Part shown: piece by piece, positions 40,333 to 41,001 of the stretch
How positions within the stretch are numbered: the stretch's first letter is position 1
Layout: every line of letters starts with the position of its first letter
IMG/VR virus record: IMGVR_UViG_3300022837_000003
Length of the DNA: 41,001 nt
Strand: one strand, 5' to 3'
From: a virus
The notes under the pieces: generated by a model
What the model saw: the letters and a program-made list of their open reading frames with translations, nothing else
What the model was told of the DNA's origin: nothing
Databases searched by the model: none
Program-made: the position numbers and the translations under genes

Positions 40333-40350
40333 AGACCCCATATTAGAAGC
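40333..40350 (+). promoter_or_regulatory. Putative phage-RNAP promoter, copy 5 (T7 phi17-like position before the fibre gene)
   Basis: AGACCCCATATTAGAAGC begins 3 nt after stop 40330 and 17 nt before ATG 40367. Confidence 0.45.
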
Positions 40351-40366
40351 TAAAAAAAGGAGATTA

Positions 40367-41001
40367 ATGGCTAATTCATTTGTAAGATATACAGGTAATG
40401 GTGCTACAACTGCTTATTCTATATCATATTCATATAGAGATGCTGCAGATTTGAGTGTCACTATCAATGGTGTCGCTACAACGTCATATACCTTAAACGG
40501 TGCAGGAAGCACATTAACTTTTGACACGGCACCCGTCAATGCGAGTTCAATCGAAATTCGTAGAAAGACTTCCCAAACTTCAAGATTAACAGATTACGCA
40601 GCAGGTTCAGTTCTTACTGAAAATGATTTAGATACAGATAGTGAACAAGCATTCTTTATGTCACAAGAAGCTATTGATGACGCAGGTGATGTTATCAAAT
40701 TATCAAATACAGATTTTCAATGGGACACTCAAAGTAAAAGATTAAAAAATGTTGCAGACCCAGTAGACAACACAGATGCAGTAAACAAACAATTCATATC
40801 CACAAACTTACCAAACATCACAACAGTATCAGGCATAAGTGCAGACGTTACAACGGTTGCAGGTATTTCAGCAGATGTAACTTCAGTTGCAAATGATGCT
40901 ACAGATATAGGTTTAGTTGCTACTAACATAGGTTCAGTAAATACAGTTGCCGCAGATATTACAAAAGTAATTGCTGTAGCTAATGATTTAGCTGAAGCAG
41001 T
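40367..41001 (+). CDS. Tail fibre protein (T7 gp17-like), N-terminal part; continues at window base 1
   Basis: RBS AAAGGAG. The N-terminal domain parallels T7 gp17 (MANSFVRYTG...IEIRRKTSQTSRLTDYAAGSVLTENDLDTD versus T7 ...IELRRVTSTTDRLVDFTDGSILRAYDLN). The ORF stays open to the window end. Confidence 0.88.
   Translation, partial: MANSFVRYTGNGATTAYSISYSYRDAADLSVTINGVATTSYTLNGAGSTLTFDTAPVNASSIEIRRKTSQTSRLTDYAAGSVLTENDLDTDSEQAFFMSQEAIDDAGDVIKLSNTDFQWDTQSKRLKNVADPVDNTDAVNKQFISTNLPNITTVSGISADVTTVAGISADVTSVANDATDIGLVATNIGSVNTVAADITKVIAVANDLAEA

Overview
The window holds one complete, circularly closed genome of an AT-rich T7-like podovirus (Autographiviridae-type). Bases 1-127 are identical to 40875-41001, so the unit length is 40,874 bp. 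All credible genes are on the + strand. In window order they are:
- a gp17-like tail fibre that spans the window junction (40367 -> 1379), followed by two more fibre/adhesin genes
- a chain of small membrane proteins that looks like a lysis cassette, then small and large terminase
- a non-coding genome-end region (7905-8900) with GC-rich short-repeat arrays
- an early region with an ArdA-type anti-restriction gene and repeated leaders and hairpins
- a lysogeny-like module: MarR-type wHTH protein, tyrosine integrase, and the 5' half of a tRNA-Arg(UCU)-like sequence as candidate attP
- replication and nucleotide genes: single-subunit RNA polymerase, gp2.5-like SSB, endonuclease I, primase-helicase, compact family-A DNA polymerase, 5'-3' exonuclease, class I ribonucleotide reductase alpha and beta
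- structural genes: two gp6.7-like paralogs, portal, scaffold, major capsid, tail tube A/B and internal core proteins, with the gp16 equivalent split into two ORFs.

Features the gene list does not explain:
(a) Eight same-orientation copies of TAGGGGCGA in two clusters bracket a 50-aa acidic micro-ORF upstream of the regulator/integrase pair.
(b) A 30-bp inverted repeat (29/30) encloses a two-gene early cassette.
(c) A nearly T-free CCAGGCAA repeat array lies at the presumed genome terminus.
(d) A five-copy SP6-like motif sits where T7 has phage promoters, and a 40-bp direct repeat (37/40) brackets the RNAP gene.
(e) A 38-nt near-identical block is shared by the portal and an internal virion protein gene.

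Everything rests on reading the sequence and recalled family motifs. No database search was possible.
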